From NCBI GenBank assembly GCA_029243585.1, contig JAQWRR010000094.1:1-45583 (forward strand): a DNA stretch of 45,583 nucleotides, written 5' to 3'. Positions 28,754 through 38,563 of this stretch are shown here, piece by piece (the first letter of the stretch is position 1; the number at the start of each line of letters is the position of its first letter). The translations under genes were made by a program, and so were the position numbers. Source of the stretch: Gammaproteobacteria bacterium (lineage in GTDB: Bacteria; Pseudomonadota; Gammaproteobacteria; Steroidobacterales; Rariloculaceae). The notes below the pieces were generated by a model. The model made no database searches, was not told where the DNA came from, and saw only the letters and a program-made list of their open reading frames with translations.

Positions 28754-28834
28754 CGTATGTTAGCGTTTCAGAACTAAAAATTCTGCGCATATGCAGTTAG
28801 TATGGCCATTCAAAAAATACGGAAAAATATTTTT

Positions 28835-29389
28835 ATGAGTCAGGCTAGCTACAAATATTGTCCATCCTGCCAAACAAAACTAACAGACCAATCATTGGGC
28901 GGTTTAATTCGTAAGGCATGTCCTCTGGAATCATGTGGCTTCGTCTACTGGGGAAACCCTACACCTGTCGTTGCAGGTATTGTAGAACGCGCCGGTCAGG
29001 TCATTCTCGTGCAAAGCCATGGATGGCCAAAAGACTGGTACGGCCTAGTAACTGGATTTTTAGAGATGGATGAAAAGCCAGAAAATGCGATCGTTCGTGA
29101 AGTCCAAGAAGAAATTGGAATCAAGGCAAATGTTACTAGCTACTTAGGGGCTTATCCTTTCAATCAAATGGGACAAATTATTTTTGCCTTTCACTTAACT
29201 GGTGGGGCAGGAAAAATTAAGCTTTGTGATGAAGAGCTTACGTCCTATAAAGAAGTAGCAATTGAAAAACTCAGGCCATGGGAAAGGGGCACAGGACCGG
29301 CTGTAAAAGAATGGTTGGCTAGTCGTAGTTTATATCCTCCTGATATAGAGCGAACGTCTTCTTCAGTTATAGAAACAGAAAATACCTAA
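28835..29389 (+). CDS. NUDIX hydrolase with N-terminal zinc ribbon
   Basis: YCPSC...C...CGFVYW.NP.PVV; Nudix box GFLEMDEKPENAIVREVQEEIG. Start is 28835 or 28802. Confidence 0.9.
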   Translation: MSQASYKYCPSCQTKLTDQSLGGLIRKACPLESCGFVYWGNPTPVVAGIVERAGQVILVQSHGWPKDWYGLVTGFLEMDEKPENAIVREVQEEIGIKANVTSYLGAYPFNQMGQIIFAFHLTGGAGKIKLCDEELTSYKEVAIEKLRPWERGTGPAVKEWLASRSLYPPDIERTSSSVIETENT

Positions 29390-29460
29390 AATTCATAGTT
29401 GGCCCATCCGTTGGGTCGTGTCACACTATGGCGTAACGCTAAATTAAAGAGAATTGAAAA

Positions 29461-30090
29461 ATGTCTGAATCCTCACAATCCGGATCAAATAAGAATTTAT
29501 TAAGAAGTGTTTTTATTGCCGCAGTGGTAGGAGCACTACTATTAATTGCAGTTATTCTGCCGGCAGAATATGACATTGATCCCCTGGGCCTGGGAGGACT
29601 CTTAGGGCTCAGCGCAATGAATTCTGCGCCTACCCGTACGATTGAGATCACGGATGTTATTGGCGGTAATGAGCGAGTAACAGAGGTTGAAATCCCAGAC
29701 TTTGGAGATCCAGTTCCACTACCGAACCCTGCAATACACCAAGATGAAACAATGGCCCATCAAACACGAACTCTTCAAATTCCAATCGGGGCGGAAGAAG
29801 AAACTGAGATAAAGACCCTACTTGAAGAAGGAAAAGTCATTCTTTACTCCTGGGAGGTTGATCAAGGTGATATTTATTCTGACTTCCATGGACACAGCCC
29901 CGAGTTTGGTACGGAATTTTGGGTGCGTTACGAAGAGCATCAGGAAGGATCTGGTAATGATGGTTCTTTAGTTGCACCGTTTTCTGGCGAACACGGTTGG
30001 TACTGGCTTAACTATAATGAATTTCCAGTAGTGGTAACCCTTACGGTAAATGGCTACTTTGAAGAAATAATAGACTACGGGATTTTCTAA
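29461..30090 (+). CDS. Conserved membrane-anchored hypothetical protein
   Basis: N-terminal TM helix followed by LPAEY.IDP.GLG; C-terminal DFHGH and APFSGEHGWYW.N. Confidence 0.7.
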   Translation: MSESSQSGSNKNLLRSVFIAAVVGALLLIAVILPAEYDIDPLGLGGLLGLSAMNSAPTRTIEITDVIGGNERVTEVEIPDFGDPVPLPNPAIHQDETMAHQTRTLQIPIGAEEETEIKTLLEEGKVILYSWEVDQGDIYSDFHGHSPEFGTEFWVRYEEHQEGSGNDGSLVAPFSGEHGWYWLNYNEFPVVVTLTVNGYFEEIIDYGIF

Positions 30091-30154
30091 GACCGTTTAA
30101 TATTTAATAAAAAAATTGCCTGTAAACCTTAGGCATGAGTTTAGATAAAAAATT

Positions 30155-30364
30155 ATGTCGCAACAGCGAAATCCAAGATATTGGGCTTCACCCTGGTATA
30201 TAACAAAGCATGCGGAGAAGCCTTGGCCGGCAGGCTGGTATTGGCATGATGAACGCTATAATTGGACTGGGCCATACGATACTGAGAAAGTAGCCCGACA
30301 GGCCTTAGATCTATATGAATACAATCGTCAAACCCCTATATCAGGGTCACTATCGTATTCCTAA
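30155..30364 (+). CDS. Small Trp/Tyr-rich hypothetical protein (69 aa)
   Basis: Fills an otherwise empty gap and is GC-richer than its AT-rich flanks; protein-like pattern GWYW.DE...GPY.T...A..AL..Y; weak SD. Confidence 0.55.
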   Translation: MSQQRNPRYWASPWYITKHAEKPWPAGWYWHDERYNWTGPYDTEKVARQALDLYEYNRQTPISGSLSYS

Positions 30365-30417
30365 AAAAATCATGGTGTTTTAGTGATAATGCAGCACGCA
30401 ATATTCAAGGTATAAAG

Positions 30418-31623
30418 CTAGGATCCATTTGCATTGCGGTCCCTTGAGAGCTTAAGTGTTTCTGGCACCATTACTAGAAATATTAGCCCGCCAAACAAGC
30501 CTAAACCAGCCGTTGAAAAACTCACTACTGAAAGGCTTGCTATATCAACCAAGATTCCTGCTAGCAATGGTCCTGCTGCCCAGCCCGCATCACTGATAAG
30601 CCTCCAAATACCAAGAAATTCGCCGCGAGCATTCATAGGTGCTAAATCCATACCTATGATCTGCACAAGACCTACGCTTAGACCATTTGCAAAGCCAAGC
30701 AAAACTCCAGCCAAAAGTAACGAATAGAATCCTTGCGAAAAAGGTAGCGTTATAAAACCAGTTATAAAAAATAATACGCTAGGCATACCTGTCCATTTTC
30801 TACCCCATCGGTCCATAACAACCCCAACAGGATAAAACATCGACATATCGACAGCCGCTGAAAGAGCATAGATTAGTCCGATAGTAGCCGCATCTAGCCC
30901 CACTGTTACACCAAAGAGCGGTATGAGTAACTGTCGTACAGCCCTCATAAACTGGAATATAAGCGCCACAGAACCAGCCGTTGACAAGATTCGTTTATTT
31001 GATCTGAAGATCTTCCCGATAGTTTTAATATAATTCGAATCTGTTGTACTAGGTTTATGAGTATTGTTTGTAAATAGGAATGAGAGAATAGCGGCGGCAG
31101 CAGCAATCAGCCCGCCCACAAAAAAAGCGGTCTGATACCCAAACCCCTGTGCAATCACTCCACCTACCAATGGCCCTATGAATGCTCCGAAACGTTGTAT
31201 GCCCGCCACTACTGATGTTGCACGACCACGTTCATTAGACGAACAAGTAGCTGTAACATGTGATAACCAACCTAGGAACCATGCCGCATGTGCAGCGCCT
31301 AACGCAATAACTATTAATGCTACAACCCAATACTCCGTGGCTATAGCTAATAAAAACATACCTATCGAAAGTGTTCCCAATCCACCAAAAAGAACTAACT
31401 TGCTACCCAGTCTGCCAACTAAAACGCCTGCAGGCACATCAAAAAGAAAGACACCAAATCCCCGTAAACCCATTATCAAGGCTGCAAATGAAACACTACC
31501 GCTCAGCTCAAGAGCGTAAAGCGGCAATAATAAAAGTATCGCTTGGTGGGACACAGCCATCAAAAGAGATGGCAAATAAATTGGGACAAGCAGCCGATTG
31601 TAAGGTGGGGGGAGCATTGCCAT
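30418..31623 (-). CDS. MFS transporter
   Basis: About 12 TM helices; motif-A-like G.LVGRLG.K and GVVMDRWGRK; ERGRA. Confidence 0.9.
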   Translation of the reverse strand: MAMLPPPYNRLLVPIYLPSLLMAVSHQAILLLLPLYALELSGSVSFAALIMGLRGFGVFLFDVPAGVLVGRLGSKLVLFGGLGTLSIGMFLLAIATEYWVVALIVIALGAAHAAWFLGWLSHVTATCSSNERGRATSVVAGIQRFGAFIGPLVGGVIAQGFGYQTAFFVGGLIAAAAAILSFLFTNNTHKPSTTDSNYIKTIGKIFRSNKRILSTAGSVALIFQFMRAVRQLLIPLFGVTVGLDAATIGLIYALSAAVDMSMFYPVGVVMDRWGRKWTGMPSVLFFITGFITLPFSQGFYSLLLAGVLLGFANGLSVGLVQIIGMDLAPMNARGEFLGIWRLISDAGWAAGPLLAGILVDIASLSVVSFSTAGLGLFGGLIFLVMVPETLKLSRDRNANGS

Positions 31624-31641
31624 CAGGCAACTAAGAAGGTC

Positions 31642-32832
31642 TTAAAGAACAGCAACAATAGAATCTGCCACATAATCAATATTTGATTTGTTAAGGCCCG
31701 CAATATTGATCCGGCTCGACTCCACCATATAAACATGGAATTCCTCACGTAACCGAATAACCTGCTCGCGAGATAAGCCAAGAAAAGAAAACATACCTCT
31801 TTCATGCGCGATGAATGAAAAATCTCGCGGCGCACTCCTTTCTTCCATTTTTTCAACAAAAAGCTTTCGAAAAGCATTAAGTCTAATCCTCATTTCACCA
31901 AGTTCCTTCACCCAGAGTTGATAAAGTTTTTGGTCGCTCAATACTCTTCCAGCTACTGCTGCCCCATGGTCAGGAGGCATAGAATAGATACCCCTTGCCA
32001 CATTACCTAGATTGGATTGCGCTGCTTTTGCTTGTTCTGCATCCTTAGATATGAGGCTTATCATCCCTACCCTCTCACGATATAACCCCAAGTTTTTAGA
32101 GCATGAGGTTACAACGATAGCCTCATCCAACTGTTCGGCCATTAACCGGGCGCCATAGGCATCTTCCTCTAGCCCCTCAGATAAGCCTTGATAGGCTAAA
32201 TCAATAAACGGAACAATACCCCGCTTCTTAAAAAGGCTTACAAGGAAATTCCATTGATCCTGAGAAAGGTCCGCGCCACAAGGATTATGGCAACACCCGT
32301 GGAGCAACACTAAATCACCAGAAACTAATGTATTAAATTTTTCCGTCATTGCCTCAAAATTAATGCAATGGTTCTCATAGTCATAGTAGGAATACTGCTC
32401 AAGATTCAAACCTGATAGTCGTAGTAACGGCAAATGGTTTGGCCAAGATGGGTCACTTAACCATACCCTAGCATCTGGTTTAGCTCGAACAACGCAGTGG
32501 CCAGCAACACACAACCCACCACTACCACCAGGTGTCTGAACTGAAGAAATTCGGCCAGCTTTTAGGGCGGGATGACTCTCTCCAAAGAGCATCATTTCCA
32601 TTCTTTCGTTAAACCCTATGTTTCCAGCTATTCCAACGTAAGATTTGGTGCTTTGTTCCTGAAGAATCTGTTGCTCAGCAATTCTAACGGCCTCAAGAAT
32701 TGGCGTATTTCCATTATCATCCTGATATACGCCAACACTGAGATCAACCTTATTAGGGTCATCATCCTCACGGAACAAAGCCATGACGCCAATGATTGCA
32801 TCTGGAGGCAAAGGTTTTAAATTCTGAAACAA
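31642..32832 (-). CDS. Aspartate/aromatic amino acid aminotransferase (AspC/TyrB family)
   Basis: DLSVGVY, QTPGG, HGCCHNP, DLAYQG, SCSKNLGLY.ERVG (PLP Lys) and SRINIAG motifs; AAGGA SD before the TTG at 32832. Confidence 0.95.
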   Translation of the reverse strand: MFQNLKPLPPDAIIGVMALFREDDDPNKVDLSVGVYQDDNGNTPILEAVRIAEQQILQEQSTKSYVGIAGNIGFNERMEMMLFGESHPALKAGRISSVQTPGGSGGLCVAGHCVVRAKPDARVWLSDPSWPNHLPLLRLSGLNLEQYSYYDYENHCINFEAMTEKFNTLVSGDLVLLHGCCHNPCGADLSQDQWNFLVSLFKKRGIVPFIDLAYQGLSEGLEEDAYGARLMAEQLDEAIVVTSCSKNLGLYRERVGMISLISKDAEQAKAAQSNLGNVARGIYSMPPDHGAAVAGRVLSDQKLYQLWVKELGEMRIRLNAFRKLFVEKMEERSAPRDFSFIAHERGMFSFLGLSREQVIRLREEFHVYMVESSRINIAGLNKSNIDYVADSIVAVL

Positions 32833-32922
32833 AAACAATCCTTAACTAGATTTAGAACTGCGCACACTGGACGCGCATACTAAACGATAAGCATGGTATT
32901 TTTAAGGTTTTTAGAAAATGGG

Positions 32923-34449
32923 CTAACCACCAAAAAACGCCACTACCCTTGGAATCAACTGTTGCCAAATCAAGACTAAGGAAAGCCCTGTAAATACAAT
33001 CAGGCTAAACCAACCAAACCACTTCGCAAAAGCAGAGGGATAAAAAGTTTTATCATCTTTAGGAATTACAGTGAAGCAATAATACAGATTTAGGAAAAAA
33101 ATCACTGGAGCAACAAAGTAAGCTAGCGCAGAAGCTACGAGCACTAGAAATACTGGACGAGGGACAAACAAAATAAATGTTGCTGACGTTATCAAGGAGA
33201 AAACCATGCTCAAGCGATATATGTTGTACTCAGAATACCAACAACTCAGATCCTCTGAACTTAGCTCCTCTTTCGTTGTACCAGAACGATTTGCAGTAGC
33301 CTTAAAAAGGTTACGGCAGCAGGCCCCAACAACCCTTGGCCATCCGTCAAAATAATTAAATGCTGTTGAATAGGTCGCTGCCATAGCGCCAACTAAAAAT
33401 ACAATCATCATTCCAGGACCAACACTATCTGTGAAGATTCGGGCTATTTCACCCATCACAGCATTACCTTGGACCTCACTTGGAAACATCCAAACAGCCG
33501 CCAAAAGCAAAAAGATACAAACAAGGAAAAATGAGATCACATGGCCTGCACGAAAATCTATCAATCCAATTTTGAACCACCTTCTGCAGTATTCCAAAGC
33601 ATGGGGAGGCATAAGTTTTGTATGAATAGAAAGATCTTCCTTAGCACTGGAGAATGCATTAAAGCGTGGCGCAATACCTTCATCCTCAAGCTGTTGACGA
33701 ATCCGACCCATTCCAACTTTCTTGGCCTTACCCCATTCCGAAGCCTGTAATGAAACGTCTATACCAGTAGGTAATAAACCCAAAAATGAAGCAATTATTA
33801 GCCAAGACCCCTCGGGAGTATCGAGCTGGAAAAAATGTACAAACTCGCTAACCGGAGCTGGGCTCACAACATACACACCCAAACTACAAATTAGTAAAAT
33901 ACCTGCTGCTACCTTTGTAACTAGCTCGACTGCTTCATATTTTCCATTGAGGAGAATCCATACCGAACTAATACCTATTATCAAACCATAGAACCCTAAC
34001 TCAAGATCATCCCCTAAACCTGGAATGTCCACGCCAAAAAATTCTCGAAATAAATAAAACAGGACAGCCGCTGCTGCAATTAATCGTCCAGCCTGCCCAA
34101 TTCCCGATTGGATAATTGTTGTTATAAGGACATACCAAACTGGGATTTTTTTCCAGGCTGTAGCGTAAGCATCCAACATGCTACGTCCCGTGGCATGAGT
34201 AAAGCGAAAAGCCATCTCAAAACCGTAATACTTGAAGATATATGCAATGGGTATGCACCATAGCAAAGCGTAACCAAAACGACCGCCTGCCACAGGAGCT
34301 GTCACAAGGTGGCTGGTACCTATACCAGTCATCATTAAAATCATCCCAGGTCCGAACTGACGAATCAGATTCGCCGGGGTCATTGATGGGAGTTCTAAGG
34401 AATTAAAATTCTTATCAGAACTAGCAACCTCTGGAGATTCATTACTCAT
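32923..34449 (-). CDS. Nramp-superfamily-like transporter (non-canonical)
   Basis: GPG.ILMMTGIGTSHLV..P.AG..FGY.LLW, RFT.ATG and YST....DG.PR motifs; no DPGN motif. Confidence 0.75.
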   Translation of the reverse strand: MSNESPEVASSDKNFNSLELPSMTPANLIRQFGPGMILMMTGIGTSHLVTAPVAGGRFGYALLWCIPIAYIFKYYGFEMAFRFTHATGRSMLDAYATAWKKIPVWYVLITTIIQSGIGQAGRLIAAAAVLFYLFREFFGVDIPGLGDDLELGFYGLIIGISSVWILLNGKYEAVELVTKVAAGILLICSLGVYVVSPAPVSEFVHFFQLDTPEGSWLIIASFLGLLPTGIDVSLQASEWGKAKKVGMGRIRQQLEDEGIAPRFNAFSSAKEDLSIHTKLMPPHALEYCRRWFKIGLIDFRAGHVISFFLVCIFLLLAAVWMFPSEVQGNAVMGEIARIFTDSVGPGMMIVFLVGAMAATYSTAFNYFDGWPRVVGACCRNLFKATANRSGTTKEELSSEDLSCWYSEYNIYRLSMVFSLITSATFILFVPRPVFLVLVASALAYFVAPVIFFLNLYYCFTVIPKDDKTFYPSAFAKWFGWFSLIVFTGLSLVLIWQQLIPRVVAFFGG

Positions 34450-34543
34450 GCTAAGAGGACCCTCGTTTAACTCTTTATTTGAACCGTATAGTACATGATG
34501 CGGAGCCCGCTACCAGCTAGAGCAAGACATGATCTTCAATAAA

Positions 34544-36040
34544 TCACTCAGCAACATGAATATCTTCATTTAGAACCAACCCATCAACATCGTGATGACG
34601 CAAGGTCAGTGTAGGCCTTCCCTCAAGACGCTCTGCGGTTGCTGAGAGAAACCCTCCAACGATATTAAGGTAACGATGTTCCGGACGGATATCGCTAGCA
34701 TTCCAACCACGTGCATGAGCGTCAGTAGAAGGTCCAGTGGCATATTCTCTTACGCCGGTCAAAGAATCCTCAATAACATACTGGTAATGTCGATCACCCG
34801 AGATAACTACCATGTTGTCCTGGGAGGATAAGAATTCACGAATTTCCTCTCCCTCATGGAAAAAACCTTCAATGTTCGTATGGTTGTCTATCTCGCCTTC
34901 ATTGTAAGGACCTAACATGGGGGTTGGACTAATAAGAACCCGAAAAGTTGCATTTGATTCCCTAACAGAATTCATAAACCACGCTTTTTGCTCTACACCC
35001 CAAATTGTTTTCTCAGGTCCATCTGGGTCTATGTTAGCGCTACGGTAATCACGGTTTTCTACCAACCAAATCTGAAGATCCTTCCCCCACCGAAACGTTC
35101 TATAGGTTAAATCTTCCATCGGGACTTGTTCCAAAAAAACAGACTGTCCCTGCGAAAAAGTAAAATCTCCCATAAAACGACTATCCTGAGTAGGCCAACT
35201 ATCGTTAGACCAAGTGTCATGATCATCCTTCATAAAGTAACTTGGCACTTTTTGATGGAAAGCAAAGTTGGTGGGAAGGCTAAACATTCTGGCCCAACCC
35301 CAACGAGCTAGGTCAATATTTTTTGCCCATTGGTCGTAGTAAAGGATATCGCCTGTATGCACAAAAAAACTAGGCGATAAATCAAGTATCGCCGAATACA
35401 TTCTAAAGCCACCGCCTTCTGCATCCTGGTTTGGGTAGGCCTGTCCTGTAGTAGCCACAAAAACCACTCGAGCAGGCTCTTCTAACAGAGGCGAAGTTTT
35501 AAAAGTTCCATCCAAAACAGAACTTGCGCTAACCCCACCAAACGCACGCCCCTCTACCCGTAATTCATATTCTGTTGAAGATCTCAGCCCCATTATGTGA
35601 AACTGTTTTGTAAAATCCCTGACGGGATTAACTGCATCCCATTGGGTGGTTTCCCACTCAGCCATACCAAGTTCTCGGTAAAGAACCCGAACTTCGCCCT
35701 CCATACCTGGCACTGCACCCTCAATAGTTTCTAAGGTTGCCCCCTCTGGATACTCAACTACGGGAGTCCAATCGGATGGCGTTGCAGGCCAAATAGGATC
35801 TTGAACAAGATCACCACTATCTGGATGGATATATAAGGTATCCGGCACTGGAGCACCAAAAACAACTCGTGCCGCATTGCGTGTAAGTCGAGCCCAAACG
35901 ATGACCTCGCTATCTGTGACCTCGCCTATCTTGATACCTGTCGCCTGATGAACTGGCGGCGGCAATGTCTCAGAACAACCAAAGGGAATCCAGGAAATTA
36001 TAATAAAAAAAACACATCTCTCAATATGAATAGTCAGCAT
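34544..36040 (-). CDS. Alkaline phosphatase D (PhoD)-like metallophosphatase, probable lipoprotein
   Basis: VWARL, TGDILYYD, DDHD, YRTFRWG, R.YRS and SGDRH motifs; lipobox-like PFGC. Start placed at the ATG at 36040. Confidence 0.85.
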   Translation of the reverse strand: MLTIHIERCVFFIIISWIPFGCSETLPPPVHQATGIKIGEVTDSEVIVWARLTRNAARVVFGAPVPDTLYIHPDSGDLVQDPIWPATPSDWTPVVEYPEGATLETIEGAVPGMEGEVRVLYRELGMAEWETTQWDAVNPVRDFTKQFHIMGLRSSTEYELRVEGRAFGGVSASSVLDGTFKTSPLLEEPARVVFVATTGQAYPNQDAEGGGFRMYSAILDLSPSFFVHTGDILYYDQWAKNIDLARWGWARMFSLPTNFAFHQKVPSYFMKDDHDTWSNDSWPTQDSRFMGDFTFSQGQSVFLEQVPMEDLTYRTFRWGKDLQIWLVENRDYRSANIDPDGPEKTIWGVEQKAWFMNSVRESNATFRVLISPTPMLGPYNEGEIDNHTNIEGFFHEGEEIREFLSSQDNMVVISGDRHYQYVIEDSLTGVREYATGPSTDAHARGWNASDIRPEHRYLNIVGGFLSATAERLEGRPTLTLRHHDVDGLVLNEDIHVAE

Positions 36041-36060
36041 CCGTTTTATTCTGAGGTTAA

Positions 36061-36570
36061 CTATCGCCACGCAGCTGCCGACTGCGAACGCCAACGCGCG
36101 GTTGCCTGAGCATGAGCAGAACCCGCTGGTAATTCCAGTAATTCCATACGTATCCCATTTGCATCATAAATATTTGATAGCACAGCCTTGGTGCCGCTGA
36201 CTCTGGGATCCTCAACCTCTAGTCCACGCCCTCTCCACATCTCGATCGCATCATCCATATCCTCTACAACTACACCAAAATGACTAATTCCTGGCGGGCG
36301 TTGCTCGTTTGATCTTTGTAGCTCTAAAAATGAGTTTGTGCTTACCTGAACATAAACTAGTGCTACATCTCCTTGATCATCAGCAACCCTAAATGCTTCT
36401 GGGAAGCCTAAGGTTTCCGTGTAATAGCTAATAGTCTCTTCAAGATTTGGAGAACTGATACCTACATGATTCATGCGTACGACGCCTTGATTTTGGCTCT
36501 GGGCAATTGCAAATTGAGTAACAACTGTCACTAAAACCCCAGATAAAAACAGATAAAACCCACGCATCAC
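36061..36570 (-). CDS. Exported VOC (glyoxalase-like) family protein
   Basis: Signal peptide (AIA|Q); metal-ligand pattern NHVGI, FLEL, HFG and MELLE. Confidence 0.85.
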   Translation of the reverse strand: MMRGFYLFLSGVLVTVVTQFAIAQSQNQGVVRMNHVGISSPNLEETISYYTETLGFPEAFRVADDQGDVALVYVQVSTNSFLELQRSNEQRPPGISHFGVVVEDMDDAIEMWRGRGLEVEDPRVSGTKAVLSNIYDANGIRMELLELPAGSAHAQATARWRSQSAAAWR

Positions 36571-36773
36571 AATCTCCTATTTATTTTTAGAGTTGTACTC
36601 AAAATAGCGACAACTCTTCGAAACAACACCCATTATGAACTTTTATCACTTAGAAAGAGTCATTTAGACAAGAACCTGCTCGATACTATAAGTATAAAAC
36701 CTGAAAATAGAAGCCAATTAAATAAGGATTAAAGAGTTCTAATTAGCTAGGATACAGGCGCCAAACACTGAGG

Positions 36774-37760
36774 ATGATTATGAAAGCCATACTACAAGAA
36801 AAATTTGGGGATGCCAGCGTATTACTGATAGGTGATGCTGAAAAACCTACTGCAGAAAAAGACCAGGTTGTTATTAAAGTATCAGCAACCACAATCAACC
36901 GTGCGGATATCATCCAACGAGAGGGAAATTACAACCAACCACCGGGAGACTCCCCAATTTTAGGTTTAGAGGTGGCTGGCATTATCGACGAACTGGGCTC
37001 CAATGTTGCGGGCTTCGAAATTGGGGAGCGAGTAATGTCTCTAGTTGGGGGTGGTGGGTATGCAGAATATGCCACTGCCTACGCAGATCACTTAATAAGA
37101 ATTCCTGAGTCAATGACCTTTGAGGAGGCCGCTTGTGTTTGTGAGACTTACATCACCGCATACCTCAATGTTTTTATGCTCGGACGTTTAGAAAACGCCG
37201 AAACAACGATTCTTCATGGTGGGGGTGGGGGTGTAAATACAGCTGCCATTCAACTATGCAAAAAATTAATGCCCGAAGTCTCAATAATCGTGACAGCTTC
37301 TCCTGGCAAAATTGAGCGGGTTAAGGCATTAGGAGCAAATCATGTCATTAACTATAAAAATGATGATTTCGCAGATGCTGTCCGAACCTTAACAAAGAAA
37401 AAAGGAGTCAATGTTATTCTGGACCACATTGGTGGCGGTTATCTTACCCAGAATCTTAGATGTCTCGCTGTAGGTGGGAGATTGGTCATTATTGGCTTAA
37501 TGGGTGGTCATAAGTCTGAGATTAACTTAGCTCCTCTAATGGTAAAGCGCCAACAGATTCTTGGTTCAGTGCTTCGATCAAGACCAGTAGAAGAAAAAAC
37601 TAGCATTACAAAACAATTCAGCCATGATGTTTTGCCCCTTCTTGCAAAGGGAGATATCGAACCTCTGATTCACCAAGTATTACCCTTAGAAAAAGCAGCA
37701 GAAGCCCATCAAATCATGGAAAACAGTGCTCACTTTGGGAAAATCGTGCTAACAGTATGA
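36774..37760 (+). CDS. NAD(P)H-quinone oxidoreductase (PIG3-like MDR family)
   Basis: INRAD..QR.G.Y, ILGLEVAG, GGGYAEY, GSVLRSR and HFGKIVL motifs. Confidence 0.92.
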   Translation: MIMKAILQEKFGDASVLLIGDAEKPTAEKDQVVIKVSATTINRADIIQREGNYNQPPGDSPILGLEVAGIIDELGSNVAGFEIGERVMSLVGGGGYAEYATAYADHLIRIPESMTFEEAACVCETYITAYLNVFMLGRLENAETTILHGGGGGVNTAAIQLCKKLMPEVSIIVTASPGKIERVKALGANHVINYKNDDFADAVRTLTKKKGVNVILDHIGGGYLTQNLRCLAVGGRLVIIGLMGGHKSEINLAPLMVKRQQILGSVLRSRPVEEKTSITKQFSHDVLPLLAKGDIEPLIHQVLPLEKAAEAHQIMENSAHFGKIVLTV

Positions 37761-37779
37761 CTAGAAACGTAGAACTTGC

Positions 37780-37814
37780 TTGCCCAAGAATAAAGCTTGG
37801 TATACGGTATACCA
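37780..37814 (+). promoter_or_regulatory. Predicted sigma70 promoter overlapped by a GntR/FadR-type operator palindrome
   Basis: TTGCCC(37780-85)-17 bp-TACGGT(37803-08); perfect inverted repeat TGGTATAC-G-GTATACCA at 37798-37814, about 40 bp upstream of gntR. Confidence 0.7.
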
Positions 37815-37853
37815 GTTAACACTTTTATCTAATAAAAAGAACAGACACTATCT

Positions 37854-38546
37854 ATGGCTGCTACTAAATTGCATCTCAGTCCCGTGCAAAGCTCCGTCGT
37901 ATTGAAGGAAAAGGTATACAGAGCTTTATGGGATGCGATCATGACCATGGATATATATACGGGTGATGAGCCTCCACGACTTGATGAAAGGCGCCTTGCA
38001 GAAGACTTAGGTGTCAGCCGCACCCCTGTTCGTGAAGCCATTTCAAGACTAGAACAGCAAGGTCTTGTAGAAACAGTACCCCGTCGTGGGGCTTTCGTGG
38101 TACGCAAAACGAAAGATGAAATACTTGAGATTATTTCTGTCTGGGCAGCACTCGAAGGCATGGCTGCACGGTTAGCAACAAAAGTAGCAACAGATGAAGA
38201 AATAGCTCAGCTACGAAAATTATTTGTCACTTTTGAAACGGCACAGGGAGCTGAGGCCCGAATAGATGAATATTCAAATACAAACATTCATTTTCATCAA
38301 AACATTATTGCATTGAGCAAAAATAAGTTGCTCAAGGAAATGTCTGACACCCTATTTGTCCATATGCGTGCTATTCGCGCTCAAACAATTACGGAGCGTG
38401 ATCGCATGAAACGTTCAATCATTGATCACATGCATATCATTGAGGCTATAGAAAATCGTAACACTGAACTAGCCGAGCGGCTTGTATATGAGCACTGTTT
38501 CGGTTTAGCTGAGCATATTGACAACTACGTAGATTATTTGGAATAA
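37854..38546 (+). CDS. GntR family regulator (FadR/FCD type)
   Basis: wHTH ERRLAEDLGVSRTPVREA; FCD-type N.HFH and DH..I..AI. Confidence 0.93.
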   Translation: MAATKLHLSPVQSSVVLKEKVYRALWDAIMTMDIYTGDEPPRLDERRLAEDLGVSRTPVREAISRLEQQGLVETVPRRGAFVVRKTKDEILEIISVWAALEGMAARLATKVATDEEIAQLRKLFVTFETAQGAEARIDEYSNTNIHFHQNIIALSKNKLLKEMSDTLFVHMRAIRAQTITERDRMKRSIIDHMHIIEAIENRNTELAERLVYEHCFGLAEHIDNYVDYLE

Positions 38547-38563
38547 CTTAAACGGAGCATCTC

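Noticed and set aside
30418-31623. MFS transporter as the OxlT oxalate:formate antiporter
   Set aside because: About 6 kb from the operon and no OFA-family features recognised; not supportable.
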